A DNA stretch of 64,000 nucleotides from Thermomicrobiales bacterium (GTDB taxonomy: Bacteria > Chloroflexota > Chloroflexia > Thermomicrobiales > UBA6265), in contig JAXLWU010000015.1 in NCBI GenBank assembly GCA_046328335.1, positions 30,023 through 94,022 on the forward strand, written 5' to 3'. Positions within the stretch are counted from its first letter, which is position 1; each line of letters starts with the position of its first letter. The notes below the pieces were generated by a model. It was not told the DNA's origin and made no database searches. It saw nothing but the letters and a program-made list of their open reading frames with translations. Both the position numbers and the translations under genes were made by a program. Of the stretch, positions 1 through 8,508 are shown one piece after another.

Positions 1-251
1 TGTTCTTCGGCCGCACGGAAGGGATCATCCCGGCGCCGGAACCATCCCATGCCATTCGCGTCGCGATCGACGAGGCGAACAAGGCCAAGGAAGCGGGAGA
101 GGCGCGGACCATCCTCTTCAACCTTTGCGGCCACGGCTTCTTCGATCTCACCGCCTACGACAGTTTCCTTTCCGGATCGATGCAGGACTACGAACACCCG
201 CAGTCCGACATCGATGCGGCGCTCGCCGGGCTGCCATCGGTAGCGGAGTAA
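1..251 (+). CDS. trpB: tryptophan synthase beta chain, TrpB2-like (C-terminal fragment, 5' end outside window)
   Basis: Frame 3 reads ..[56 protein letters not shown].. to TAA at 249-251. The EGIIPA-E-SHA and NL(S/C)GHG blocks are conserved C-terminal motifs of TrpB-family PLP enzymes. Confidence 0.7.
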   Translation, partial: FFGRTEGIIPAPEPSHAIRVAIDEANKAKEAGEARTILFNLCGHGFFDLTAYDSFLSGSMQDYEHPQSDIDAALAGLPSVAE

Positions 252-277
252 CGGCAACGATTGCGTGAGTAACGGGT

Positions 278-308
278 GACCGGCGGCCCGAAATCACGGC
301 CGCTGGTC
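278..308 (+). terminator. possible stem-loop terminator after trpB
   Basis: gaccggcggcc / ggccgctggtc forms an 11-bp stem (one G-U pair) with a 9-nt loop, 27 nt after the stop codon. There is only a weak T tract after it. Confidence 0.3.
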
Positions 309-373
309 TGCCATTCCCGGCGAGCGGCGCTATAGTCGCGGCTGAAACTCTACGTAGTTTCCAGGGAGTTGCC

Positions 374-1309
374 GTGGATCCGGTTGCAATCGTCATACTG
401 GTGCTCTGCGTAGCCGTAATGGGCGGTTTGGTGGCTGCGCGGGGGACACTTATTGCTCGCGTCCAGAATATGCCGAAATTGCTCCCGCACGAACCTGCGA
501 CCTCGCCGGCTGGACCCGTAAACCAATTGGTGACCGTCCTCGGACAGGTTGACCGCGATCGTGCGCCCATGACGGCGGCCGCGATACCGGAGGCCCAGGT
601 CGTCGCGCGCGGTGATGCCCGCTCGCCGCGATACGAGGCCGAAGAGAGGGCAGGAGCGGCCCTCGAGGCCCGGCTGTCCGATTTCGAGCGACAGTTGCGT
701 GAGGTTTCACATGCCATTGAGCTCCAGAGAGCGGAAGTCCGGGCGGACCTGACGGCGTTGACCGCGGTGGTGAATGGCAGCCAGGTCGCGATGAGGTCAG
801 ACCTGAATGCGTTGCAGCACGCGGTGTATGACTCAAGCGCGACGTCTTGTCACGCGGAGTCCCTCGCGCGCAAAACCGCAATGACGACGCGCCGGCTCGA
901 CGTTGGCGCGGATCTGTATCTCCGATTGGCCCGACTTGAAGCGGCGATTGCCGCCGTGACCAATCCGATGCTCTTGCCCGGGGAGCCGTACGTCCCGCCT
1001 CGCGAATTCCTGCCGGAATCGCTGATCTGGGAGAACTGGAGTGACGTTGGAGAGCGGGCATTCGCGCTCGCTGATGGGTTAAGCGTGAACCGGCTGGTTC
1101 TCTCCGCGGAGTGCCGGGAAACGCTGGGGACCTTTGTCACCACGCTCCGGACGAGGCTGACGCAGGAGGTTTACCCGAATCTGCAGCCAGAGCCGACGGT
1201 CGCTCAGCAACAGGCGCTGAGGGCGGTCCTGGAGCAGGTAGCCAGAGACCTTCCGTTCGCTCGAACCGCGCTCGAGCGCGAATACCAGAGCGTAGGCATC
1301 AACGCCTGA
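374..1309 (+). CDS. hypothetical membrane-anchored protein
   Basis: 311-aa ORF with a GTG start 5 nt after AGGGAG. It has an N-terminal hydrophobic helix (VAIVILVLCVAVMGGLVAA) followed by an Ala/Arg/Glu/Leu-rich helical region. No motif I recognise. Confidence 0.55.
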   Translation: MDPVAIVILVLCVAVMGGLVAARGTLIARVQNMPKLLPHEPATSPAGPVNQLVTVLGQVDRDRAPMTAAAIPEAQVVARGDARSPRYEAEERAGAALEARLSDFERQLREVSHAIELQRAEVRADLTALTAVVNGSQVAMRSDLNALQHAVYDSSATSCHAESLARKTAMTTRRLDVGADLYLRLARLEAAIAAVTNPMLLPGEPYVPPREFLPESLIWENWSDVGERAFALADGLSVNRLVLSAECRETLGTFVTTLRTRLTQEVYPNLQPEPTVAQQQALRAVLEQVARDLPFARTALEREYQSVGINA

Positions 1310-1363
1310 TTTGAATCTAACCAGGATCGCGATTCGCGCGGTTGAATCGTGGTCCGCTACGGC

Positions 1364-3331
1364 TCACGACGCGCGTTTCGACTTCCTTTCACTTTTTCGA
1401 CCATCGGCGCTCTGACTCGAAACATCAGATCCGCCGTCGCCGCCGTTGCCGCCGTCGCCACCGGAGGTCGAAGACCCGCTGTCGCCGCCGCTGCCACCGT
1501 CGCCGGCATCGCCGCTCGCTGAATCGCCCCCATCCCCACCGTCGCCGCCGGTCCCGCCATCGCCAGCGTTGCCGCCGTCCCCACCGTCGCCACCGTTCTG
1601 GCCTGAGCCACCGCCGCCGCCGTCACCCCCATCTCCGCCGGAACCGCCGTCGCCGCCATTGCCCCCAGAACCGCCATCACCGCCGTCGGTGCCGTCTCCT
1701 CCATCACCGCCGTCACCGCCGTCCTGACCGTTGCCGCCGTCACCTCCGTCCTGACCGTTGCCGCCGTCACCTCCGTCCTCGCCGGAACCGCCGTCGGCAC
1801 CGTTATCCCCATCCGCGCCGTCATCGCCGTCGTGGCCGTTGTTGCCGCCGGACCCACCGCCGTTGCCGTTGTTTTCACCGGAACCGTCACCGTTGCCGTT
1901 GCGGCCGCCCCCACCCTTGTCGTCATTATGCCGGTCGCGGTTGCCGTCGGAATTCTTGTTGTTGGTGTCCCTGTCGTTCTCGTTACCGCCGTTGCCATCG
2001 CTGGCGTTCCGCTTGCCGGTCTTGTCAGCGTCCGAAGCGTCTTCGGCTGACGTATCGGTGCTCTCAGACGAATCGTTCCCATCCTTGATGCGATTGCGCT
2101 CGCGATTCTTCTCTCGGTCCGCCGCATCCTTCGAATTCGGGTCATCCGGCGTCTGCCCAGCCGCGTCGGCATCTTTCGGCGGAGCCGCCTCAGTCGATTC
2201 GACTGACTTGCCGTCGTCTGCTCTGCGCTGCGAGCGCTCTCGGTCCCGTTCCCTCTCGCTTGTGGCAGATTCATCGGGTGGTGTATCTGGAACATCCTGC
2301 CGCCTTGGCGGCGGAGGCGGCGAGGGGTCTGCCTGCTCCGGATGGCCCGCCGTGGTGCCGGCGGGAAGCCGGAAACTCGCGTGTGGACGGCGCCCGACGC
2401 TGCCGCCCGACTCCGGGTTGTCGGGTAGCCAGCGCATCGGATCAAGATGCTCTCCGGTGCGCAGATCGGTGACGGAAAAATGGAGGTGAGGACCGGTCGA
2501 GTAGCCAACCGAGCCAACTTCGCCGATCGGCTCTCCCGCCCGAACGTAATCGCCCACTTCGACGTAGGCCGCGATCCAGTGCAGATACTCGGTGGCGAAA
2601 TGCTCGTTGCGGCCATCGTGCTGAATGATGATTCTGGTATTCGCGTCTGGCGTCGGCCGGTCGAAGCCGGCCATGGTCACCCATCCGGACGCCGCGGCAT
2701 AAAACGGTGTGCCTTCCGGCGCTGCCAGGTCGATTCCGGTGTGGACGACGGGTGCCTCCGGTGGGCATCCATCACCGGCAAAATAGAGATTGCCCAACTG
2801 CGGCACGCAGCCGAACTTCTGGGTAAAGACGAAATCTCCGTCATGCAAGGGCCAAGTTCGTTCGTCTGCCTTGCCTCGGACCGGCGCGGGATCAGGTGAA
2901 TGCCGCTCTGGTTGGTCAGGAGAGTCATCGGGGCCACTCTGGGGCGTTTCCGTCTCGATCAGTTCGACGGGAGCCTCCTGGCCACGCTGACGGGTGCTTT
3001 CGCTTGGCCGATCGCCCTGGCCGTTCGGTGGCTCTTCCCCTGATTCCAGGAGTTCGGTTGGTATTCCCGCGGAGTAGTCGAGCGGCACGGCGGGGTCGGT
3101 TGCAGAATCGAGCGGATCTTGTGATGAGGAATCGCCGGTAGCTTCGCGGATGGGTTCCGAATAACCGGCCAAGGTCCGTTGGACGAAGGTTTCAAAGCCG
3201 GCGCCAACGATCCAGGAAACGCCAAACAGCCGCAGGAATGCGGCACGTGACAGACGCGGCTTTGTGCTCTGACCAGGCAAGAGCGCTCTATCCTCGGCCG
3301 TTGTTCGTTCAGGCGCGGGCTTCGTTGACAA
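1364..3331 (-). CDS. M23/LytM-family metallopeptidase with long acidic/Gly-Asp low-complexity C-terminal tail
   Basis: 655-aa ORF. The HTGID (HxxxD) and GPHLHF (HxH) zinc motifs sit in the block HTGIDLAAPEGTPFYAAASGWV...STGPHLHFSV. N-terminal hydrophobic segment FLRLFGVSWIVGAG. The C-terminal ~300 aa are D/N/R/K/S-rich, then GGDGG-type repeats. Confidence 0.85.
   Translation of the reverse strand: MSTKPAPERTTAEDRALLPGQSTKPRLSRAAFLRLFGVSWIVGAGFETFVQRTLAGYSEPIREATGDSSSQDPLDSATDPAVPLDYSAGIPTELLESGEEPPNGQGDRPSESTRQRGQEAPVELIETETPQSGPDDSPDQPERHSPDPAPVRGKADERTWPLHDGDFVFTQKFGCVPQLGNLYFAGDGCPPEAPVVHTGIDLAAPEGTPFYAAASGWVTMAGFDRPTPDANTRIIIQHDGRNEHFATEYLHWIAAYVEVGDYVRAGEPIGEVGSVGYSTGPHLHFSVTDLRTGEHLDPMRWLPDNPESGGSVGRRPHASFRLPAGTTAGHPEQADPSPPPPPRRQDVPDTPPDESATSERERDRERSQRRADDGKSVESTEAAPPKDADAAGQTPDDPNSKDAADREKNRERNRIKDGNDSSESTDTSAEDASDADKTGKRNASDGNGGNENDRDTNNKNSDGNRDRHNDDKGGGGRNGNGDGSGENNGNGGGSGGNNGHDGDDGADGDNGADGGSGEDGGDGGNGQDGGDGGNGQDGGDGGDGGDGTDGGDGGSGGNGGDGGSGGDGGDGGGGGSGQNGGDGGDGGNAGDGGTGGDGGDGGDSASGDAGDGGSGGDSGSSTSGGDGGNGGDGGSDVSSQSADGRKSERKSKRAS
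1424..1915 (-). repeat. coding low-complexity Gly/Asp repeat tract (GGDGG / GGNGG / GGSGG units, 164 codons)
   Basis: Read directly. The minus-strand frame gives GGGGRNGNGDGSGENNGNGGGSGG...GGDGGNGQDGGDGGNGQDGGDGGDGGDG...GGDGGNGGDGGSD. The plus strand shows a gccgcc/gtcacc periodicity. Confidence 0.9.
1720..1773 (-). repeat. perfect 27-bp tandem duplication inside the Gly/Asp tract
   Basis: gtcctgaccgttgccgccgtcacctcc occurs twice back to back (1720-1746, 1747-1773). Each unit encodes GGDGGNGQD on the minus strand. Confidence 0.9.
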
Positions 3332-3554
3332 TGAACTCGCTCGCCGGTGCGGGACATTCTGCGACGACCATACGTTACCACTTTTGGACCGGTGACCAGA
3401 GTCCGTGGTCGCCAGGAGACGGCAAGCGGCGTGCTACGATTTCAAAGAAAATGACTGGGCGCCGACGGAGTACCTGGCTGGCGCCATTGGTGTTTGCCAG
3501 CGGGCTGTACCGAGAAAACTGGCAAGAAGACGTGATCACACTGGGAGCGCGAAC

Positions 3555-4721
3555 ATGACCGGGGCCAACGGCACTACCGCCGTTTCTGATCGACCTGCCC
3601 TGCCCAAGCCGGAGGGGCTTGAAGGAGTAGTGGCGGCGTCCACGGCGCTCAGTCATGTCTTCGGGGAACAAGGGAAGCTGGTTTACCGGGGCTATGACAT
3701 TCATGAACTTGCGGGACGAGCCTCGTTCGAGGAAGTGGCGTTTCTCCTCTGGAACGGTCATCTCCCGAACCGGAGCGAGCTTTCCGATCTTCTGAACATC
3801 CTTGGACAGCAGCGCGCCTTGCCGGACCATGTGATCGATGTGATCAAGGCACTCCCGGCGTCCGCGGTGCCGATGGATGCGCTGCGCACTGGTGTTTCGT
3901 CGCTGGGCGCGATCGATGCCGAGCAATTCGATGATGTTCCCGACCTCTCCGAAGCGATGGCGCTAACCGCCAAGTTTCCGGGCATCCTGGCAGCGTTCTT
4001 TCGGCACCGGCAAGGTCTCGCTCCCGTTGCGCCCAAACCCGAGCACAATACCGCGCAGAGCTACCTGTACCAGTTGTTCGATCGCGAGCCAGAGGAAAAG
4101 CACTGGCGGCCGCTGGATGTCTACCTGACGCTCCTGGCGGATCACGGCATGAATGCATCGACATTCACGGCCCGCGTCATCGCCTCCACCGGTTCCGACC
4201 TTGTGTCTTCGATAACCGGCGCTGTCGGTGCGCTCAAAGGCCCGCTCCATGGCGGCGCGCCATCCAAGGTGCTCGACATGCTCGAGGCGATCGGGACCGC
4301 GGACAACGTCGATGCCTGGCTGACGACGGCGCTCGATCGCGGAGATCGATTGATGGGCTTTGGCCACCGGGTCTACAAAGCGGAGGATCCGCGGGCAGAG
4401 ATTCTGCGCGGCATGGCGCGGGAGGCGAGCACGGCAGAGTTCTTCGAACTCTCGCGGCGCACGGAGGAGCGTGCGCTCGCCATGCTCCACGAGCGGAAGC
4501 CCGACCGACGTCTGTACACCAACGTGGAGTTCTACTCCGCGGCTGTCCTCTCCGCGGTTGGGCTCCCGGGGGACATGTTCACCCCGACCTTCGCCGTATC
4601 CCGCGTGGCGGGTTGGACGGCGCATGTTCTCGAACAGGTTGCCAACAATCGCCTGATCCGGCCTCAATCCGAGTTCGTCGGTCCGATCGACAAGACATTC
4701 GTTTCGATCGACGAGAGATAG
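3555..4721 (+). CDS. gltA: citrate synthase (or 2-methylcitrate synthase) family
   Basis: Contains GFGHRVYKAEDPRA, HGGAPSKV and the typical N-terminal LEGVVAASTALSHVFGEQGKLVYRGYDIHELA. I prefer the ATG at 3555 (GGGAG 7 nt upstream) over the longer 3405 ORF start. Confidence 0.9.
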   Translation: MTGANGTTAVSDRPALPKPEGLEGVVAASTALSHVFGEQGKLVYRGYDIHELAGRASFEEVAFLLWNGHLPNRSELSDLLNILGQQRALPDHVIDVIKALPASAVPMDALRTGVSSLGAIDAEQFDDVPDLSEAMALTAKFPGILAAFFRHRQGLAPVAPKPEHNTAQSYLYQLFDREPEEKHWRPLDVYLTLLADHGMNASTFTARVIASTGSDLVSSITGAVGALKGPLHGGAPSKVLDMLEAIGTADNVDAWLTTALDRGDRLMGFGHRVYKAEDPRAEILRGMAREASTAEFFELSRRTEERALAMLHERKPDRRLYTNVEFYSAAVLSAVGLPGDMFTPTFAVSRVAGWTAHVLEQVANNRLIRPQSEFVGPIDKTFVSIDER

Positions 4722-4873
4722 GCGGCGCGCGCGTGGCACATGGCGTGACTGGTCGCCCGTAGGGCAGTCAGCGCATTCTCGTGGCACGGTTGTCACGGCG
4801 ACGCATCCTCTGCGCGCTGCGCGGCGTACATCGGCTGGGAGAAGGCGACGCCCGCCCTGCGTTGGAGGAGTGA

Positions 4874-6034
4874 TTGCTTCGTCATCTTGCCGTCCGCATC
4901 ATTACTGCTGCGACGGTAGGTCTGCTTCTTTGCGCTATAGGCGTCAACCCGGCATTCCAGCGGGCATCGGGCACCGCCTCGGCTCAAACTGAATTCCCCA
5001 CGGAGGGCGCCGCGGATGCCGCGCGTGAACTTTCCGTGCTCGAGTCGGAGCGCGATTTCAATGGACTCTATCTGCGGATGTATCCGGATTCGAAGGCGAT
5101 CGCCCCGGAATCCGCCGTCGTTGGCTGGTACAGCGACTTTCTATCCACCCGCATTGCCGGCATCTTGACCGTCTCCGATACCGTCGCCGAGCCATGGACC
5201 TGGGGTGTCAATGGCACGACCTATGAGGATGCGGTAACGGTCAAATACGTTCAGCCATACACCATTGACGGCGTGACGACGGATGTCCAGGGCGAAGTCC
5301 ATCTCGTTCCAGATGACGATGGATGGGGCTGGTTCTTCGGGGACTCACGCGCGTTTCTCGACCAGCAGATTTCCCTGTATGGCGATGATGGGACGGCGGC
5401 GACCTTCGCCCTTACACTCGATCAGGCAGCAGAGCCCTCCCTGACTCGTGAAGAACTCTTTCCCGATCCGTTGCACGCGCACGTCGACGCTTTCTGGGCC
5501 AATCAGTTCGCTCTTGCGGGCCGACCGTACGATCCCCCGAACGGTGTGATTGGATTCGATGAACCGATCGTGACGGCGTGTGGCCGGGCTGATCCGGAGT
5601 TGGAAGCCGCCTTCTATTGCGTAATCGATCAGAAGATCTACTATTCCTCCGATTTCCGAAGGTTGATCGAGGACCGTATCGGTGATTTTGCCTGGGTGAT
5701 TGTTGTCGCTCACGAATGGGGTCACCACATCCAGGCCCAACTCGGACTCGATCTCGGGGTCGTGCCGGACCGCGCCGGTGAAATGCCGCCAGCCTCGCTC
5801 GAACAACAGGCCGACTGCCTGGCCGGGGCCTACTCGATCGACGCCGAACTGACCGGTTGGCTCGATCCCGGCGATATCGACGAAGCCATCAAGATGACCG
5901 AGATTTCCGGCGACCCCCCCGGCACTGCCTGGAACGATCCGCGCGCCCACGGTTCCGGGGACGAGCGGGTCCAGGCCTTCCTCGACGGGTACAGCGGTGG
6001 GATCAGCGCGTGCGGTCTCGATCTCTCCCCATAA
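4874..6034 (+). CDS. secreted neutral zinc metallopeptidase, YpfJ/PF04228-like
   Basis: HExxH motif (VAHEWGHHIQ) and C-terminal AHGSGDERVQAFLDGY as in YpfJ-type peptidases. Signal-like N-terminus LAVRIITAATVGLLLCAIG. TTG start just after GGAGGAG. Confidence 0.75.
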   Translation: MLRHLAVRIITAATVGLLLCAIGVNPAFQRASGTASAQTEFPTEGAADAARELSVLESERDFNGLYLRMYPDSKAIAPESAVVGWYSDFLSTRIAGILTVSDTVAEPWTWGVNGTTYEDAVTVKYVQPYTIDGVTTDVQGEVHLVPDDDGWGWFFGDSRAFLDQQISLYGDDGTAATFALTLDQAAEPSLTREELFPDPLHAHVDAFWANQFALAGRPYDPPNGVIGFDEPIVTACGRADPELEAAFYCVIDQKIYYSSDFRRLIEDRIGDFAWVIVVAHEWGHHIQAQLGLDLGVVPDRAGEMPPASLEQQADCLAGAYSIDAELTGWLDPGDIDEAIKMTEISGDPPGTAWNDPRAHGSGDERVQAFLDGYSGGISACGLDLSP

Positions 6035-6198
6035 GCGATCCGCCGCTCGGTTCAACCGGCCTCCTGCGCCCCTCGCTGACCTTCTCGTGCCGCCCCATCG
6101 CTATCGACTACCCGATTGACAATCCGCCACTCTACTACCACCATGCGTACAGAGGATCTGGAGAATCGGGCTGGCGCCCTACCATCAGGAGCAGGACC

Positions 6199-7479
6199 GT
6201 GGGACTGGAGATTTTCGACCGGGGTGAATTGCCTCGTTGGGCGCCGGTGCGCCAGCAGCTCGATGCAACCGATATCGGGGATGTGCGAGCGGCTGTCGCC
6301 GTCCAGTTCCAGCGCGCCGGCATCGGCGACCGGTTGCGAGCCGGCCAGCGCGTCGCCATCACGGCAGGCAGCCGAGGCATCGACAAAATCGACCAGGTCG
6401 TCAAGGCCGTGATCGATGAGGTCAAGGCAGCCGGAGCGGAGCCATTCATCATCCCGGCGATGGGAAGCCACGGTGGCGCGACGGCCGAGGGCCAGCGCGA
6501 AGTGATCGCCCATTACGGCATCACCGAAGAAACAATGGGCGTGCCCATCCTCTCCAGCATGGAGACGGTCCATCTGGGCGAAGTCGAAGCGGGTGTCCCC
6601 GTCTGGTTCGACCGCAATGCCTACGAGGCCGATGCCGTCATTCCGGTCGGCCGGGTCAAGCCCCATACCGATTTTCGAGGCCCGGTCGAATCGGGTCTGA
6701 TGAAAATGCTCGCGATCGGACTCGGAAAGCAGAAGGGCGCGGATTTCTTTCATCACCAGGGGATGGGCGAGTTTTACCACCTGATCCCGGCCGTGGCCAA
6801 TTTCACCCTCACCCGGATCAACATCCCTTTCGGGGTCGCAATCATTGAGAATGGGTATGGCAATCTCGCCCAGGTCGAGGCGGTCCCGGCGGCGAAAATT
6901 TGGGAACGGGAGCAGGAACTGCTCAAGATTGCCCGCGGCAGGATGGGCCAACTTCCCGCCGAACGGATCGATGTCCTGATCGTCGATCGCATCGGCAAGG
7001 ACATCTCAGGCGACGGGGCCGATCCCAATGTCACCAATCGGGATGTTGCCGGAGTGTTGCCGCCGAGCGAAGAGCCGGTTCGGCCGCGCGTTCAGCGTAT
7101 GATCGTCCGCGATCTTACGGACGATACTGAGGGCAATGCGTCCGGCATCGGCATGTTCGATGTCGCGTTACGCCGGGCGGTCGATCGCATGGACCCGGTC
7201 GCGACCTACATGAACATGATTACCGCGAAGGCACCGCAAGGCGGGCGGATTCCGATCACCGTGAATACAGATCGGCAAGCGATCAACATCGCGCTGGCGT
7301 GCTGTCTCAAGATTCAGCCAGAATCGTCGCACATCGTGCGCATCCAGGACACCAAGCACCTCGAAACGTTCTGGGCGTCTGAACCATTGATCCCGGAACT
7401 TCTCGAGTCTGACCGCGTGGAGGTTATCGGGGAAGCGCGTCCGATCGCGTTCGACGGTGACGGTATGTTGGCTGATTAG
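6199..7479 (+). CDS. LarA-like / DUF2088-family protein (lactate racemase N-terminal domain-like)
   Basis: Blocks VAITAGSRGI...IIPAMGSHGGATAEGQ...ADAVIPVGRVKPHTDFRGPVESGLMKMLAIGLGKQKGA resemble the LarA/DUF2088 fold family; this is a family call from memory. GTG at 6199 follows AGGAGCAGG. The upstream part of the 5857 ORF overlaps the peptidase gene. Confidence 0.5.
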   Translation: MGLEIFDRGELPRWAPVRQQLDATDIGDVRAAVAVQFQRAGIGDRLRAGQRVAITAGSRGIDKIDQVVKAVIDEVKAAGAEPFIIPAMGSHGGATAEGQREVIAHYGITEETMGVPILSSMETVHLGEVEAGVPVWFDRNAYEADAVIPVGRVKPHTDFRGPVESGLMKMLAIGLGKQKGADFFHHQGMGEFYHLIPAVANFTLTRINIPFGVAIIENGYGNLAQVEAVPAAKIWEREQELLKIARGRMGQLPAERIDVLIVDRIGKDISGDGADPNVTNRDVAGVLPPSEEPVRPRVQRMIVRDLTDDTEGNASGIGMFDVALRRAVDRMDPVATYMNMITAKAPQGGRIPITVNTDRQAINIALACCLKIQPESSHIVRIQDTKHLETFWASEPLIPELLESDRVEVIGEARPIAFDGDGMLAD

Positions 7480-7632
7480 CGCGACGTGGCGAAAACGTGT
7501 CATTCCGACGGAGGAGGAATCTCGTTCGTCACCCTGTTGGGCCCGAACGACGAGGTCCCTCGTTCCTCGGGACGACACAACGTCGGCGCGTCGCTGTGGA
7601 CCATCGTCCCCGCTGCCAAGCACCCAGATTCA

Positions 7633-8367
7633 TCACTCTGGATTCTCTGCTGACATTGCCGACGTGGGGCCAGCGTCTGTTAGTGCCCTGTCGCGAACAG
7701 ATGTCAAAAGAGCATCGTCGATCGTTTCCATGACCTCGTGGCGGAACGACTCGACTGGCAACCGCGGGTCTGATTCCAGGTAGTACCGCGATTGCAGAAA
7801 GGTTTCCAGGCGATCGACCTGTTTGACGAATCTGGCTTCCGCAGTTTGTGCCGCTCGCAGCTCACTCCAGAGGTGTCTGACCGTGGAGGCGAAGGCGGCC
7901 GGACTGGTTTCGAGCAACACGGCAATCGCGGCATCTTCGGCGGCATGCCTCGCGGCGCGATTGCCAGCGTACCGATGATGCGCGCGATTGAAGAATGCCC
8001 GGCGCGACTCCGGGTCATCGGCAATCGCAGTGTTGGCGAGATCGTAGGGAGTGACGTCGCCGGTCGCTGCCTCGGCGAGATCGTGGATCAGCGCCAACAT
8101 CAGCACCCGGCCAGGATCGATGATTTCGCCCGCAGCGGCTCGCTCCAATGCGGCGGCCCAGGCCAGAAGCGCGACCCCAAACGAATGATCAGCGACCGAT
8201 TCGGTCGCGACGGGATCAATGCCGCGGTCCAACCAACCCGTTCGGGGTACGGTCTTCAGGCTGGAGACCCACCGCGCCAGCGCCAGGAGACCTGATTCCG
8301 GAGTTGCAGACCGAGAAACCGGGTCAATTGCCGATTCGTTCCTGTTGGTGCTGTGACTTTCAGGCAT
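7633..8367 (-). CDS. HD-domain phosphohydrolase, YfbR-like 5'-nucleotidase family
   Basis: LKTVPRTGW...ESVADHSFGVALLAW...LIHDLAEAATGDVTP...FVKQVDRLE is the HD_3/YfbR pattern. I chose the ATG at 8367; the upstream extension is Arg-rich. Confidence 0.75.
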   Translation of the reverse strand: MPESHSTNRNESAIDPVSRSATPESGLLALARWVSSLKTVPRTGWLDRGIDPVATESVADHSFGVALLAWAAALERAAAGEIIDPGRVLMLALIHDLAEAATGDVTPYDLANTAIADDPESRRAFFNRAHHRYAGNRAARHAAEDAAIAVLLETSPAAFASTVRHLWSELRAAQTAEARFVKQVDRLETFLQSRYYLESDPRLPVESFRHEVMETIDDALLTSVRDRALTDAGPTSAMSAENPE

Positions 8368-8508
8368 AGACAGACCGTTCGTACACCGGTATCCTTGCGA
8401 GGCCCGCTGCCGTTGGGACCGAGCGACGCGGCGCCTGATCCGTCCGGCCAAGCCGATTCACCAAATCGGTGCGGTCGAGCCGCCGCCACCGCTGGGAGGG
8501 AGGAGCCA

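Noticed and set aside
1424-1915. Periodic short repeats that might be mistaken for a CRISPR array or satellite.
   Set aside because: The units are 9-27 nt with no unique spacers and lie in frame inside a peptidase gene. This is a coding low-complexity tract, not a CRISPR array.
1342-2616. Several long ORFs on both strands across the Gly/Asp tract (Arg/His/Cys-rich 1342-2088 +, Pro/Ser-rich 1446-1727 + and 1758-2489 +, Ala/Thr-rich 1357-2616 -).
   Set aside because: They are alternative-frame or antisense readings of the same GC-rich repeat. Their compositions are absurd for proteins. Only the 1364-3331 minus frame carries a real domain (M23).
5857-6198. Upstream 114 codons of the 540-aa ORF 5857-7479.
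   Set aside because: This part overlaps the metallopeptidase gene out of frame and is Arg/Pro-rich. A GTG with an AGGAG SD at 6199 gives a 426-aa protein of the expected size.
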